Assembly: GCF_001194135.2 (NCBI RefSeq)
Contig: NC_068992.1
Coordinates: 16,694,369-16,758,368, forward strand
Length of the DNA: 64,000 nt
Origin: Octopus bimaculoides
Taxonomy: Eukaryota
Direction: 5' to 3'
The notes below the pieces were generated by a model. The model was not told the DNA's origin. It saw nothing but the letters and a program-made list of their open reading frames with translations, and searched no databases. Below are positions 13,499 through 28,053 of this stretch, in pieces; within the stretch, counting starts at the first letter, position 1; each line of letters begins with the position of its first letter. A program made the position numbers and the translations under genes.

Positions 13499-15063
13499 NN
13501 NNNNNNNNNNNNNNNNNNNNNNNNNNNNNNNNNNNNNNNNNNNNNNNNNNNNNNNNNNNNNNNNNNNNNNNNNNNNNNNNNNNNNNNNNNNNNNNNNNNN
13601 NNNNNNNNNNNNNNNNNNNNNNNNNNNNNNNNNNNNNNNNNNNNNNNNNNNNNNNNNNNNNNNNNNNNNNNNNNNNNNNNNNNNNNNNNNNNNNNNNNNN
13701 NNNNNNNNNNNNNNNNNNNNNNNNNNNNNNNNNNNNNNNNNNNNNNNNNNNNNNNNNNNNNNNNNNNNNNNNNNNNNNNNNNNNNNNNNNNNNNNNNNNN
13801 NNNNNNNNNNNNNNNNNNNNNNNNNNNNNNNNNNNNNNNNNNNNNNNNNNNNNNNNNNNNNNNNNNNNNNNNNNNNNNNNNNNNNNNNNNNNNNNNNNNN
13901 NNNNNNNNNNNNNNNNNNNNNNNNNNNNNNNNNNNNNNNNNNNNNNNNNNNNNNNNNNNNNNNNNNNNNNNNNNNNNNNNNNNNNNNNNNNNNNNNNNNN
14001 NNNNNNNNNNNNNNNNNNNNNNNNNNNNNNNNNNNNNNNNNNNNNNNNNNNNNNNNNNNNNNNNNNNNNNNNNNNNNNNNNNNNNNNNNNNNNNNNNNNN
14101 NNNNNNNNNNNNNNNNNNNNNNNNNNNNNNNNNNNNNNNNNNNNNNNNNNNNNNNNNNNNNNNNNNNNNNNNNNNNNNNNNNNNNNNNNNNNNNNNNNNN
14201 NNNNNNNNNNNNNNNNNNNNNNNNNNNNNNNNNNNNNNNNNNNNNNNNNNNNNNNNNNNNNNNNNNNNNNNNNNNNNNNNNNNNNNNNNNNNNNNNNNNN
14301 NNNNNNNNNNNNNNNNNNNNNNNNNNNNNNNNNNACTGGAAAACAGCATGTGCTTTGAAATATACGTTTTATATATATATATATATATATATATTGTTAA
14401 ACTTTTGGCACGCAGCTGTCAATTTTTTGGGGAATGGAAGTTAGTCGATTATAACGACCCCCTTTCACAAATGGTACTTCTTATTGGGCCCAAGAAGAGG
14501 AATTGGAACCCAAAATGAAAAGAATTACCGCTAAGAATTTTGTCCGCACGCTAACGATTTTGCCATCTCGCCGCTTTATAACCATCGATCCATCATTACA
14601 CAGTTTGTAGAGCCTGAAACCGTTTTGAAACTACTGCTCTAAACCATACACCTATGTATCTTGACCTTTCTCATTTAGCTTCTAACTTCTCTTGTGTTTC
14701 CACTATACCGTTAACGTTATCCTAGTTTATTCTCTCATCTTTTTTCTTTAAGATTTATATCTTTCTGCCACTGTCTTTGTATGTTATTCAAAGAAATAAT
14801 TCGTGGTTACTAACTCAGAGTAAATAAAATGCTCCAAAAATAGATATATCTTGCTATTTTTGTTTATGGTTTCATATATTTTTCATGACATGTCTTAATG
14901 AATGATCGCTATAATATTAACATTGGCTGCAAGCACGCTTCATTGCAGCTTAATTAATATTAAATTAATTATAGCTAAGAAATGAGAATCAACAAATAAT
15001 ATTAATGATGATAAAGATTGAGGATAATAACATCACTATTATCAGACAATATTACTATTATGC

Positions 15064-15720
<657 letters not shown>

Positions 15721-16161
15721 CACGATTACTACGAACATTTGACGTCTTATTACGCGATCTCAGATCGGGTTTCCGCTTATATATTGGGAGTTGATCTCAA
15801 TCCAGATTCTCCTCTAGTCTGTTATTGCGCTGTGACTTGTATTCAAAATATATTGTCTTTCATGACGGCCTTGCAAAGGAAATATAAACAAGGAAACTGG
15901 TTCTTTTGCTGAGTTCATATTACACAGTCGGGGGCTTCGAGTTTCAATTCGTGGCCTATAAAATCAATATCAGTCATGTCGTAGATGTTGATGTAATCGA
16001 ACCCTCCTTTCTTGTCTGGTCTTGTTTCTGTATTTAAATTTTTAGACATCGCAATAAAATAAAATATGTTCACGTGGTTCGTAGTTGTAAAAAAACATTT
16101 ATAAAAAGAAATATATACACAACTGAGTAATTATATAATTATTTATAATAAAATAAATGTA

Positions 16162-16410
16162 TTGGTTCACACCATAAATAATGCTTTTTTTTTTCTATAC
16201 TTATTTCATTTTTCAAAATTAAGATAAACAAAATTCTTTTTTAAATCTAAAATATACTCTCCATCATTTTCTACAAAGCTCTTCCATCTATCTTGTAGAC
16301 TTCCAAGGCCCCTCTTCCAAGATTCACTTGTCGGTGAAGAAAAATACTCCTTCAATACTGTTCTGATCTTGTCTACAGAATTAATAATATTTCCGTCCAA
16401 ATGATTGATA
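16162..16410 (-). mobile_element. Mariner 3' end (transposase C-terminus plus terminal repeat)
   Basis: LDGNIINSVDKIRTVLKEYFSSPTSESWKRGLGSLQDRWKSFVENDGEYILD matches mariner C-termini (..RW..VVE.DGEY). Ends at TA followed by ttggttcacaccataaataatgc, which is TIR-like. Confidence 0.7.
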
Positions 16411-17789
16411 TTTTTTTTTTGTCATATCAAACGATGACGACTAAAGACAGAAGGGTGGGTCCTTACGTTCTGAGTTCAAATTCTGCCGATGTCAACTTTG
16501 CCTTTCATCCTTTCAGGGTCGATAAATTAAGTACCAGTTGCATACTGGAGTCGATTTAATCGAATGACCAAGAATATCGGGCATTGCGCCTAGAGTAGAA
16601 AATAATAAATTAAATACTATAACGAAAACAATTATTTAAATTGTACTGCCTATTTTACTGTTACCTATCCAATCAATGTGTCAAGTTATTGCGGAGCTTA
16701 ATTATTATTTTTTCCTGAAACGTAAGTTGGGAAAACTGATATTTGTACAAGTTAGGTTGCTTCTATAGAATCCCAAAAGCAAAGCTGTCAAAATATAATA
16801 TTTCTCCATTCTTTAAATTAATTATCTCGGTGATCATAACAACTTACAGAATGTCCACAAAGCGAATCTTGAGAATCATATTTTACAAAAGCACCTGCTT
16901 CAGATTCTAGAATCCTCTAAAGACGTAAAATATCCAATGAATCTGGCACCACAATTACCATTATATATCTATTTGCATAACTCAGCCATGGTAACAGTTA
17001 TTCTATATAATTATTATGCTTGACGTGCACCATAACCTAAAAAAATTAAATAAAATAGCTTTATCTACATCGTGGATTGAATAATCATTTTTCCATTTTC
17101 GTTTGACGTAATTTCATTTCGTTTACGTAGCTTAAACCCTTGCAAACACCTCAATCTACATATTGAATTCTTCTCTAAATTATCTGTTTGACAATTCAAA
17201 AGAAAGCGATAATTGAAAGGTAATTGCTGACTCCCATCGGGCACGATATAATTTACTGGGCATCCAGCACTTTAAGTCATTTCGCATTTCTGCTAAAATC
17301 CATGTTTCTATTCATACTTCAGTGGTTTTATCCTTAGTTGTAACCACGCAAAGTTCTCAATTCCCTGTTCTCTGTCTTCTAAAATTACTATTTTCTTGAC
17401 CTAGACGAACAAAAACAAACATTATTATAATTGATTTAATCAAGATTGAGAGCATAGAGATACAGCACAGAAAAATATATAACTTCTTTTTTAATGTATG
17501 CTTTTACAAATATATTTGAACGATTTAAATCGGGAAAATCGGTTTTCAAAATAAATGTTTGCTTCCATATTCAAATATATTTATATCCAATGTTAGCTCC
17601 TGTTTATCGACAAAGGAAATAGTGAAAACAATATTGAACTCTATAAAATATAAACAACACTGGGAAATTAAGGAGAATAATAAGTTCAATCGTTATAAAT
17701 CTTCCATGAACATATTTTGTACAACACAGTCAAAAGAGAATGGTGAGATGCATTGGCCATCTTCAAGAACGCTGATACTGATGGCAATC

Positions 17790-18330
17790 AGGCGTAGAGC
17801 ATAGGCTGTTGCAGCGTGTCACTGCATTCACTATTCCCGAGTCAGTATATTCCCAGGTCACCTTTGACATCCGTCGAACAAAGACTCAGTCAATCCTCAT
17901 CTCCGTGAAATACTTCTTCATTTGCTGTCACCATGCAGAACCAACCGTCAAACCAGCCGGATCCTCAGAGAAAAGAACATGATCAGCAGAGTCCAAAACG
18001 GAAAATCAAGCAACATGTCCAAACAGACTGAGGTGGCTATCCTGAATTATATAACTAACAGGACGCATCGAAGTTTCTAAATAGAGTTGTTGGTTGGATA
18101 CGAAATCCGACCAATTGTAACCCTAATCTAACGAAGCATCCGGTATCATGGGAGCCAAGTGGTTGCTAAGCGTTCCGGAATCTGTGCACGTGTTAGAGCT
18201 ATAGAGCAAGACATTGGAGACCAAGGAACTAAAGATACGAACCTTTATTCTTCTGCATAAATATTAGCGGTGCCAAAACACCCTTGCACCAAATCATCCA
18301 AGATTTTTTACGTCTTTAGACACGCAGATA
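17790..18330 (-). mobile_element. RTE-clade LINE 3' fragment (post-RT region)
   Basis: RYLCRRIKVRIFSSLVSNVLLYSS...GYNWSDFVSNQQLYLETSMRPVSYIIQDSHLSLFGHVA*F...AW*QQMKKYF...AVTRCNSLCS, the RTE 'LPVLLYG.ETW / GHVAR' region, with stops. Confidence 0.75.
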
Positions 18331-20617
18331 AAATCGCTTCGAATTTCATTGCCGAGCTAAAAGGAAAGCAACAACTTCGACATTTTTACCAGCAAAAGAT
18401 TGAGACGAGGGCTCCAATTCGTCTGTATGATTGGGAGAGAAATGAATAAATTTAACTTCAGAACGAGTACAGGCATGCTTGCTTGTAATATTTGCAGGAA
18501 CCTTGAATAATTCGTCGATCTATTTGAAGCCGTTACGGGACCTTGGTCAGGTAGTGGTTTTAAATAAAAAAAAGTTACCTTCGTTGAGTTTCCATATACA
18601 TTTACGGCTACGAAATTCCTTATGGGAGAACACAAGACATGGTAGAAGACACTTGTTCGCAACGCCCCACACTGAGATCAATACCGAAACAAAATATTTG
18701 TGTAATGAATTTCATAACTACCCAGCAGCTTGTCAAAATTATATAGTGATGTGATAAATTATATTATTCTACAAAAGCGGAAAAAGAATCACTGGTGGTG
18801 CGTGTCTTTCAGATTCCAGACCAGATGGTATACCATTATTGATATTGCTAATCTTGTCGCATTTGGAAAATAATGACTACATATATTGGTTTCTAATTTC
18901 GGCACAAGGCCAGCAATTTCGACCTCGAAAAGATGAAGGACAGAGACGACCTCGGCGGTATTTGGACTCAGAATGTAAAGATGGACGAAATACTGCGAAG
19001 CATTTCGCCCAGCATCATACCTATTTATATTATTAGCAAAAACTGAAGAAAAAAAACCGTATCATTTAATATATCGTTAAGCCGAAATTCGACTAACATT
19101 AAATTATACGTCAGTGCATGCAGTACCATGTAGAAACTATATAAGCTCATGTTTGTTATTGGTATTTGGCTATTGCCACTTAGGTAATTAAAATACAACG
19201 ATGTTTTGTTTGTAACTCTATCAAAAAACTACGCAAAGTGTTACAAGAATACTTGAAATTTTACCAAAATTGGCCAATATCTTTTTTTGTTCATTGAAGT
19301 AATCCATTCCTAAAATATTTTATTTCACCTTGTATTCTTGTATTCCAGCTATATTTATTAAACTGCAAAGCCTAGTGGTTAAGGAATTGGAGTTATGACA
19401 CAAAGCGCGTAGGTTAAATTCCTAGTTTGATCAGTGTAGTTTGTTCTTGAGCAATTTGCTTCATTTCAACTTGTCAGCCTGGTTGTAAATAAGTGCAAAT
19501 TGTGCAGATTGTAACACCCTTACAGAATGTTTATATTCGAGATTAATTAACTAAATACACACGTTTGTAAATTACCATATATTATTATTATTATGCAGCT
19601 CAGGGTTATAATTAGTCGAGTCTAATTAACTGCATGTCTGGGTTACATGACAACTTGAGACAGAATATAGGAGAGTTGAGTTATTAAACTAAATAATGGA
19701 AACCATTTTTATCCGGAGATCAACGACAGCCGAAACCACTGCTGGTATTTTAACTTTCTCATTAACGAAAATGAATAATAATAAACGCAAAGACCTGAAA
19801 AAAATATAAACAAACAAACGTATCGACAAATCTAACAACATGAACAAGATATCAATGATAACAACAAGATAATGATAACATCAACAACAACAGCCTCAGC
19901 AACGACAACAGCAACAATACCAGAAACCAAAATCAAACAAATGTTTTAACCATTAATGCGTGCTTTTCGAGAAACGACTTCCAATAACCATATGTTCCGT
20001 TCTACTGTAAACAGTTATTCATTTATTATAAAAGGCATTTGACTTTCTCTTTCTCTCCCAAAGCCTGTTTTTGTCTTTTTTTTTTGTTTCTTTATTGCTA
20101 CATCTCAATTTCATTCTATTCAGTTATCTATTTATCGATCGGCCTAACTATCGATCTATTTTTATTGTTTTTTTTTTTGTTTTTCTCCGTTTTACACTTT
20201 CATATCACTCAAGACACATTTATAACATTTTCGTTTTGACGACCTTATTATCTACTTAGTTCTCCTATCTTCTACCACTTTACATCACACCCTCATTCTA
20301 TCTCTGTTAAGATCGTCCCCTTCACGCTAATGTATATGCACGCGTACACATATGCACAAAAACATATGCACAAAAACATACCTACATTTATGCCATGCAC
20401 ACACACACACATACACACACACACACACACATACACATATACACAATGTGCGTACGTCTCACCATAGCTCAATATTTGGCCTTTAGAAAAATAACATCAA
20501 TAGAATATTATTCAATTTTCTTTGTCCACTTTATTTTACTTTCCATATTTTTAATAATTTCCATACATAAAACTAAGTAAATACACAAACATAAACGAAT
20601 GACTGAAGCAAGTTTAT

Positions 20618-20679
<62 letters not shown>

Positions 20680-20869
20680 CCATTTATGTCTCTCTCTCTC
20701 TCCATAAGTATATATATATATTTATATATATATATATGTGTGTGTGTGTACGTATGTGTATATGTGTGTTTATATATTCTAATATTCCACTTTGAATTCG
20801 TTGTGAGGTTATTGATTTTATCTGAATCACTATTTGTGCCGAATATCTAGCGTATGGTAATTGGTAGAT

Positions 20870-20873
<4 letters not shown>

Positions 20874-20957
<84 letters not shown>
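20874..20957 (+). repeat. (GA)n microsatellite
   Basis: About 42 uninterrupted units. Confidence 0.97.
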
Positions 20958-20961
<4 letters not shown>

Positions 20962-21364
20962 GGGATGAGGAGAGAGAGACCGAGAAAGGGAGATGAGCTT
21001 TTGCAAATTCGCGTTTATGAGCTTCATTTTATTCCTAGTTAAAGTATATTCAGTTCACTTTAACCGTTAATGTGTAACAATTACCCATCCCCAATACCAT
21101 CAACCGCAGAGCATTTGTGTCTAGACAAAATCATTCACTATTGACTGCGAGAGAAATTGCGCAAAATATGATTCATGGCCAGCAAAAGATACAGCTCCAC
21201 AAAATAATTTCAGTTCCCACTCGAAGAAACTTTGACTTCTTTACTTCTTTTCCGTCTTACTCTATTAACGATCTTATCCAACTAATAACTGAGGTTCGAT
21301 TATGTTTCTTGACCAACTCGAAATAGCAGCTAAATAATCGTCAGAGCAGACGATATAGAATAAT

Positions 21365-21580
21365 ACGTTCTGCTATAGGCACAAGGCTTGAAATTTTTAG
21401 TGAGGGATTAAGTTGATTATATCGACCACAGTACTCAACTGGTACTTATTTCATCCGACCCCGAAAGATTCGAACGCAAAGTCGACCTCAGCGGGATTGG
21501 AATTCAGAACGTAAAGGCGGACCAAAGACCGCTAAGCATTTTGTCCGGCATGCTAACGATTCTGCGAACTCCCCGCCATC
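21365..21580 (-). mobile_element. Second SINE family, well preserved copy
   Basis: Shares the blocks aagtaccagttg, ggggtcgat, gaggtcgactttgc and gttctgagttcaaat with copies at 955-1190, 14395-14580, 16440-16600, 18890-19020, 35385-35590, 42125-42270, 58965-59180 and 61040-61240. Confidence 0.8.
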
Positions 21581-23889
21581 AAACGATATAGAATTATAAT
21601 CAGACAAGGTATACCGAATAATGGCTTTTAACATACCGTAATTAAATATTGTAATTAGATATTGTCTTGAGTCTTAGGAGAAATAGGAACGGCCATTTCG
21701 TGGCGTGTAAGAGACCGACATTTCAACATCCCCCAGAATAGGGTGGTCGGTCCGTCTCAGAATCACACATTTAAAGCTGAACGGATTGGAGCAACAACGT
21801 GCAATGGAATGATTTGCTCAAGAAAACAACGCACTGACTGTTCCGAGTATCGAAACAGTGATCGAAAGTTCATGAGAACAACACTCTACCCACTAGGCCA
21901 CGAACCATGACAGTTTAAAATAATCAGTGTCTGAAGATGTTATATTGATGGAAGTCATTGCAGGGTGTACCTGCTTGTGCCATAGGGAAGAGTAGAAGCC
22001 GGAACCACATATTGGGGAAGCGAACTCGATCTCCACGCAATTTTGCCATTACTACGTAGAAAAATCTGTTGAAGCTTTCAGTCTCGATAAACAATTTAAT
22101 GTAACGATGTATTTACGTAAAACTTAAGATAAACTTAGATATGTTTCGACCAAAGATTGGTCCAGGCCATGTCTACGTAGGCACAAGTAGGCATGTAAGG
22201 TTCAGAAGCTCTCTTTGCAGTCAAGCAATATGGAGTTCAATCCAATAACGCGGTACAAGTATTTTCTACTATTGCCAATGAATTTGGTCAACGAAAACGA
22301 CGCTGGAGCCAGAAGTATATATATGTATTACAGAAAAGTAAATTTCCAAGGCGGGGTAGCGGTGAAAACAGCGTAGAAAATTGGTGGTGGTGGTTGAGTG
22401 AAACTAGTAAATGATTTCAAATAAAAGATATAAGAGAAATGCAAATAAAATAAATTTGCGACACATAGGTATTGCTTATTTAATTAATGCATGCATTATA
22501 TTTTAAGTGTATAATTTTCCTGTTTTGAGAACAAAACCAATTTAGTGAAAATGCGAAGAATATTTGCTTAGAAATAGAAACGGTATCAAAGGGAATAATG
22601 TTCCATGTAATTTTAATATCAGCATCTTGAATGTGAAGTCAGTTTTATCAAAGACAGCATAAGAAATTTAGTCATTGTGCAGAAACATGACTTTCATAAA
22701 GCGTGCATCGACAAAACAAAGTTAAAATTAAATAACATGTAATACAGCGACAATTGTTAATTGATTAGACAATTTCTATATATATGTATGACGTGTACAA
22801 TGTTTTTTTAAACATGCGAAATAATTGTGTAAAACATTTATAAAATATGCAATGCTACCTGTTCGATGTTACCTATTCAAACATGCTTGGGGTTTATTCA
22901 AAACTGTAAGAAACCCATTCACTGTCTACAACGAGAAATGTTCTACATGACAAAATAGAGTGAATGGCTTTTCTTACGGGTTCGAATATTTGAACTGGTA
23001 ACATTTTTTGCATTTTACACATCACTTCTTATGGTTTCTGTTCCTCATTTATAATGTATATATCATACGACCGTGGCGCCGGTGTGATGGCTTGTGTATA
23101 TCTCATTGATCAGATACTCTTGGGACGCAGTTTCAATCACGTATTTCAATAATTTAAGCTTTACATTATGTTTAGGATGTACGATGCAAGAGGAGGGATA
23201 GCGTATAACGGCGAGTCATAAGCGCTTCCCCTCAGGAGTTGGAAAGAATCCTATCTGAACTTCTACTTCTGCATCTAGTTCAGTTATACCTCCACGGAAT
23301 ACGGCAGTGGCTACAAACTGCTCTCTGATTTCGACTGACCAGCTAAACTACGCGATTGAACTTAATGGCTCCCGCCTGATGGCGAAAATTTCTATTCCAA
23401 AAGAATAAGAAACTTATGACGGTGGAGAGTTCAGAAGAAGCAAGAAAGACAATGGAGTTGAAGATGTGACAGTCAGGAATGTGACATGCCGAAAGACAAA
23501 GTGAGTCAGAGCAACCAAGCCAGTCGTCGTGAGAAAGATTGAGGCCGCACCAAAACAAATGCTAATCATGATCCAGCTAGAAGTAAGCAGGAGTGGAACG
23601 AAAAAGTCTTCACAAATCGGCCATGGGATAGACGGAGGACACCTGCCTGATGATACAAACTTAGAACGGTGCTAAATCTAATATTTTGTCTTAGACGTTT
23701 GAGAGAGACTTGTTTGTTAAAAATGCAGGGCGTTGCTCAGGATGCCGTTGGATCACCAAAATTAATGTTTCAACCTGGCTTGGTCTTCTCAGCGACGATG
23801 AAACTGAGTTAGTATGGGTCTCCGACTGCCAATTAAAGACTAATTCTTTCTATCTACCGGGAATTAAACATACTGCTTTCAGCATTATT

Positions 23890-24305
23890 TCATTCAGTCT
23901 TTAGACCCTGGCCATGCTGGGGTACTGCATTGATGAATTTTAGTCGAATGAGTTCACTAAGCAGTACTTAAATATTTTAAGCCTGGTACTTCTTCCAACG
24001 GTCTGTTTACCGAACCTACTAATTTAAAGAGATGGAAACATACCAGCACCGGTCGTCAAGCGGTGGCTGGGGACAAACGCAAAGACACACACATACACAC
24101 ACGCGTATGTAAATATGTGTGTGTATGGGCGCGCGCGCGCGCGCGTGTGTGCATTCGTCGTGATTCTTTCACTTTCACTTTCATAAGGCCTCGGTCGACT
24201 CGGGGCTATAGTAGAAGGCATTCCCCAAGACGCAGTGAGAGAGATCTTGGAACCAAGTGCCGCCTGGGAAGAAAGCTCTTCACAACGCAGCCACACCTGC
24301 GCCTG
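23890..24305 (-). mobile_element. Composite tRNA-derived SINE (head, internal microsatellite, tail)
   Basis: The reverse complement begins ggcgcaggtgtggctgcgttgtgaagagc with pol III A/B-box-like segments, then a (CA)/(TA)/(CG) tract, then the tail. Homologous pieces occur at 6283-6480 (+), 24980-25180, 40010-40455, 47690-48240 and 60835-60950. Confidence 0.8.
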
Positions 24306-25257
24306 AATTAATATATTTCAAAATATAAAACATGAACGAATATTTTCACTCCAAAGCAACGGAGAAAAAAAAAACATTTCTAACAATAAATGGACGTATG
24401 TTACTGCACATGAGACCGATTTGATTTTGTATTTGGGAGAAAGAAACTACTTAACTGTATTTTTTCTCCAGGAAGATGGAAAATATATACCTAAATTATT
24501 GTACATCATTGTTTCTCTAGGTTTGTTTAAGATTTCTTCTGTAACGCTTTCATGTTTTCATTTATTCTTATTAGTACGTCAATAAGCAAAAAGCCTTACA
24601 ACGTACGTTCCGTTTCTATATATAGATTCACGTATCGTGATACCAATTTTCAGCTATACACGATGTTTCAATGACTGGAATAACAATCTGAAATCGAATA
24701 ATGGGGTTCGCATACCGAAATAGATTTTGATTTCATAGTAATTCTCACATAGCTTGTTTCTTCATTATCAAGAGGCTGATTCAAGATTAAAAAAGAACCA
24801 ATAGCGGTTCAAGAAACACTTCTCACGCTGAATCTCACTCATACACACTTATATATACACATGCGTGTGTGTGTTCGCACGAGCGCTTGTGCGAGTCTGT
24901 CATCTTATCTGTTTACAGTATGTATGAAGAGTAACATTGAAAAATTTTAAGAAACTCATTTCTTTTAATGAAGAGCTCTTATTCTTTTACCTCTTTCAGT
25001 CATTAGGCCGCGACCCTGCTGTGACGCCTTCTTGAACGGTTCAGTCGTACAAATCGCCGCCACGATTTGAAATTTTTAAATCTGGTATATATCATATTGA
25101 TTATTTTCGCCGCACCGCTAATTTGTGGGGTTGTAAACAAGCTAAAACCTGCTTTTAAACCGTGGGGCGGCAAACAAGCACATACAGAGAAAGATGGAGA
25201 GTGGTAGAATTTGCTAGACAGATTGATAGAAAGAAAGATAGGGTAGATATATATATG

Positions 25258-25334
<77 letters not shown>

Positions 25335-25353
25335 NNNNNNNNNNNNNNNNNNN

Positions 25354-25414
<61 letters not shown>

Positions 25415-27988
25415 GCAGAGAGAGAGAGAGAGGGGTTAGATAGATAGATAAATAGACAGAGAGAGAGAGAGAGGGAGAGAGAGAAACATACAGCTCCCGT
25501 CTACCATGTCTATATAAAGGCATTAGGACTACAATAGAAACACTAGTAATTCAACGTGGCTACGAAATCGTGCCAGCGCCTTTAAGTACAAATGTCGAAA
25601 ATTATTTTGAAATTTTAATAACTTTTCCGAAAAAAAAAAAGAAGCTATAAGAAAATTCCTAAATTCTAAAATAATGTGATCTAATATTACTATGATTTGC
25701 TATTGTTGCTGTACGTGAACAATATGCCAATTATTTATTTCAAAATTATGATTACCATTATAATATTTTCATGATAGTGAAAGTTACTCTAAGCTAAATT
25801 GTTGGCGTAAGTGACAGTGCAGTACTCGGCGTACAGAAATGAAGCGAATATAGTTAATTTCACCGTAGAATGTGAGCAGTGTTGTAACGAAAATTATGTT
25901 AAAAATTAGAAATAAAGATAATGTTTTTATTAAATATATGTCACGAATAGAATTTTTAAGATTTCATTATTATTTCAGCGTGATTCCAAATGATGGTATG
26001 ACTTGTGTTTTTGCTTTGTTAATTTCGATGGCAAATATAGATTGTGTTGCATTCCGATTACACACATACGCACACGCCTTCAAAAAAACACACACATACA
26101 CACAACATATATACAAATAGACGCACATATACAGAGACGGAGAGAAAATGAGGAGGATTATTTTAGTGTTTTCGAATCCCTTGTCTTTTAGTTCAAATGT
26201 GTGTCTACTTGTGTGAGCGTGAGTATGCATATATGCATGTCTGTAGCTAGTTAGTTATGTGTCGGTATATACGTATACATTCATACTATACGCTACACAG
26301 ACATTTTGTACAACTATCAAGATATCCTTAATTAAGCTTAGTATTCAATTATATTGGTATCATTCAACTCAATATACCACTTCTCTACTGCTTCTGTTAC
26401 ATTTAGAAATCATTAATCTGCAAGTGAGTTTATAAGCTATAGGCTGAATTTCCCTTCTAAAGTGTAAAGGACGATAGGAACTTATAAAATTTTAAAATAA
26501 TCTTCATGAGATAAAAAAAAAAAGATTATAAGATATGAAGTTTTTCAGATTTACCATTCTTATTTTATGTGGACAATATTTCATTCGTTTTTGTATCTGA
26601 TTTACATGATTCTTTATGTGAATTTGTGTTTTGAAGCAAATTTTGTTGCGTTTGAGGAGAGTCATATTGTCTTAATGCATTATTATATAACACACTCACC
26701 GATTCGATTTCCACTCATTTATTATTTATATGTTTCCTTCCAAAACTTCCGTTGCTTTTGCAACCATGGCAATGGATGGAGATTCTCATGTTGAGAGTCA
26801 CCATCCTTTGACAAGATAGCAATCCAATATTGAGAATATTATTTGGCTGAGTGAATTCCAACGCTTTTAAGTGGGAAGTATCGAACATGAATTATTTCAC
26901 TCTTACTCCTAAGTCCCTTTCTATAGACATGTTTACACGAGGTTTTATTATTCGTCCTATAAACATGTCTATGAGTTTATAGGGCGAGACAAACACAACA
27001 GTATCTGATGTTTTGCGAAAGAAAAAAAAACGCTTTCTATAGTGATATACGAATTATTTAAGCTCATTTGCAACTATAATTCCTTTGTGAGAAGTGTATT
27101 TAACTGCAAATGTCTGGCTTTCTGAAACTCTTACTCGATTCTGTCGTACACTCTTCTAACCTTTCGGTAAAATACGAGCCTATATTACATTAGATACAAC
27201 CGGGTAATACCTCTGTAATAATCGCTTATTTTTTTTCTGATCAACATGGATTCCTAAATCAACATGTAAGTTTTACACAAAATGATTACGCAGTCAGTTA
27301 GAAAGGAAATGTAACACGAGATTATATATTAATTCTTTGCAGCGAAATGAGTGCTATGTTTAATTGTATCTGTTCTACTAAACAGTGATTAATCGAAGCT
27401 CTTTATGCGAAAGTTTATAAATTGAGAATATATTTTATTACCTACAATTCATTGACGTAATTGGATATAGCAATCAATTATTTTATTGGAATGTCCACTG
27501 TAATGATAGTTTAAATTCGATGTGAATTAAAATACAAGTGAAGTTACCGTATATATTCTTGAAAAATTCCAATACATGAATAATTAAGAGATAACATATA
27601 AAAAGAATCTCATTTACGCTTTCAAATAGATCAAATATACAATTTATTACTTAATCGATAATGCATTAGTCAGAGTGATAAAATCCTAAAAGCTTAAATC
27701 TCCAGACAAACGGATTTGCATTCTTTAAGGTCTTCACAATATATTCTGTGTTCAATTCTGCATCTGACCAAAGTTAGTTTGTCCATAGGATAGAATTAGA
27801 GACCTAAGAATGGCAGAGAAAACTATAAAACAACATATACAATATGTCGAAAAAGATGAAATTAAAAAAAAAAGTACAAGATACACATCTACATTACGGC
27901 CGACTAGATNNNNNNNNNNNNNNNNNNNNNNNNNNNNNNNNNNNNNNNNNNNNNNNNNNNNNNNNNNNNNNNNNNNNNNNNNNATATA

Positions 27989-28024
<36 letters not shown>

Positions 28025-28053
28025 TGCTGTATGTATGTATGTGTGTGTATATA

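Noticed and set aside
19370-19440. tRNA gene
   Set aside because: Only A/B-box-like remnants of a SINE head (similarly at 36760 and 21840-21900); no cloverleaf.
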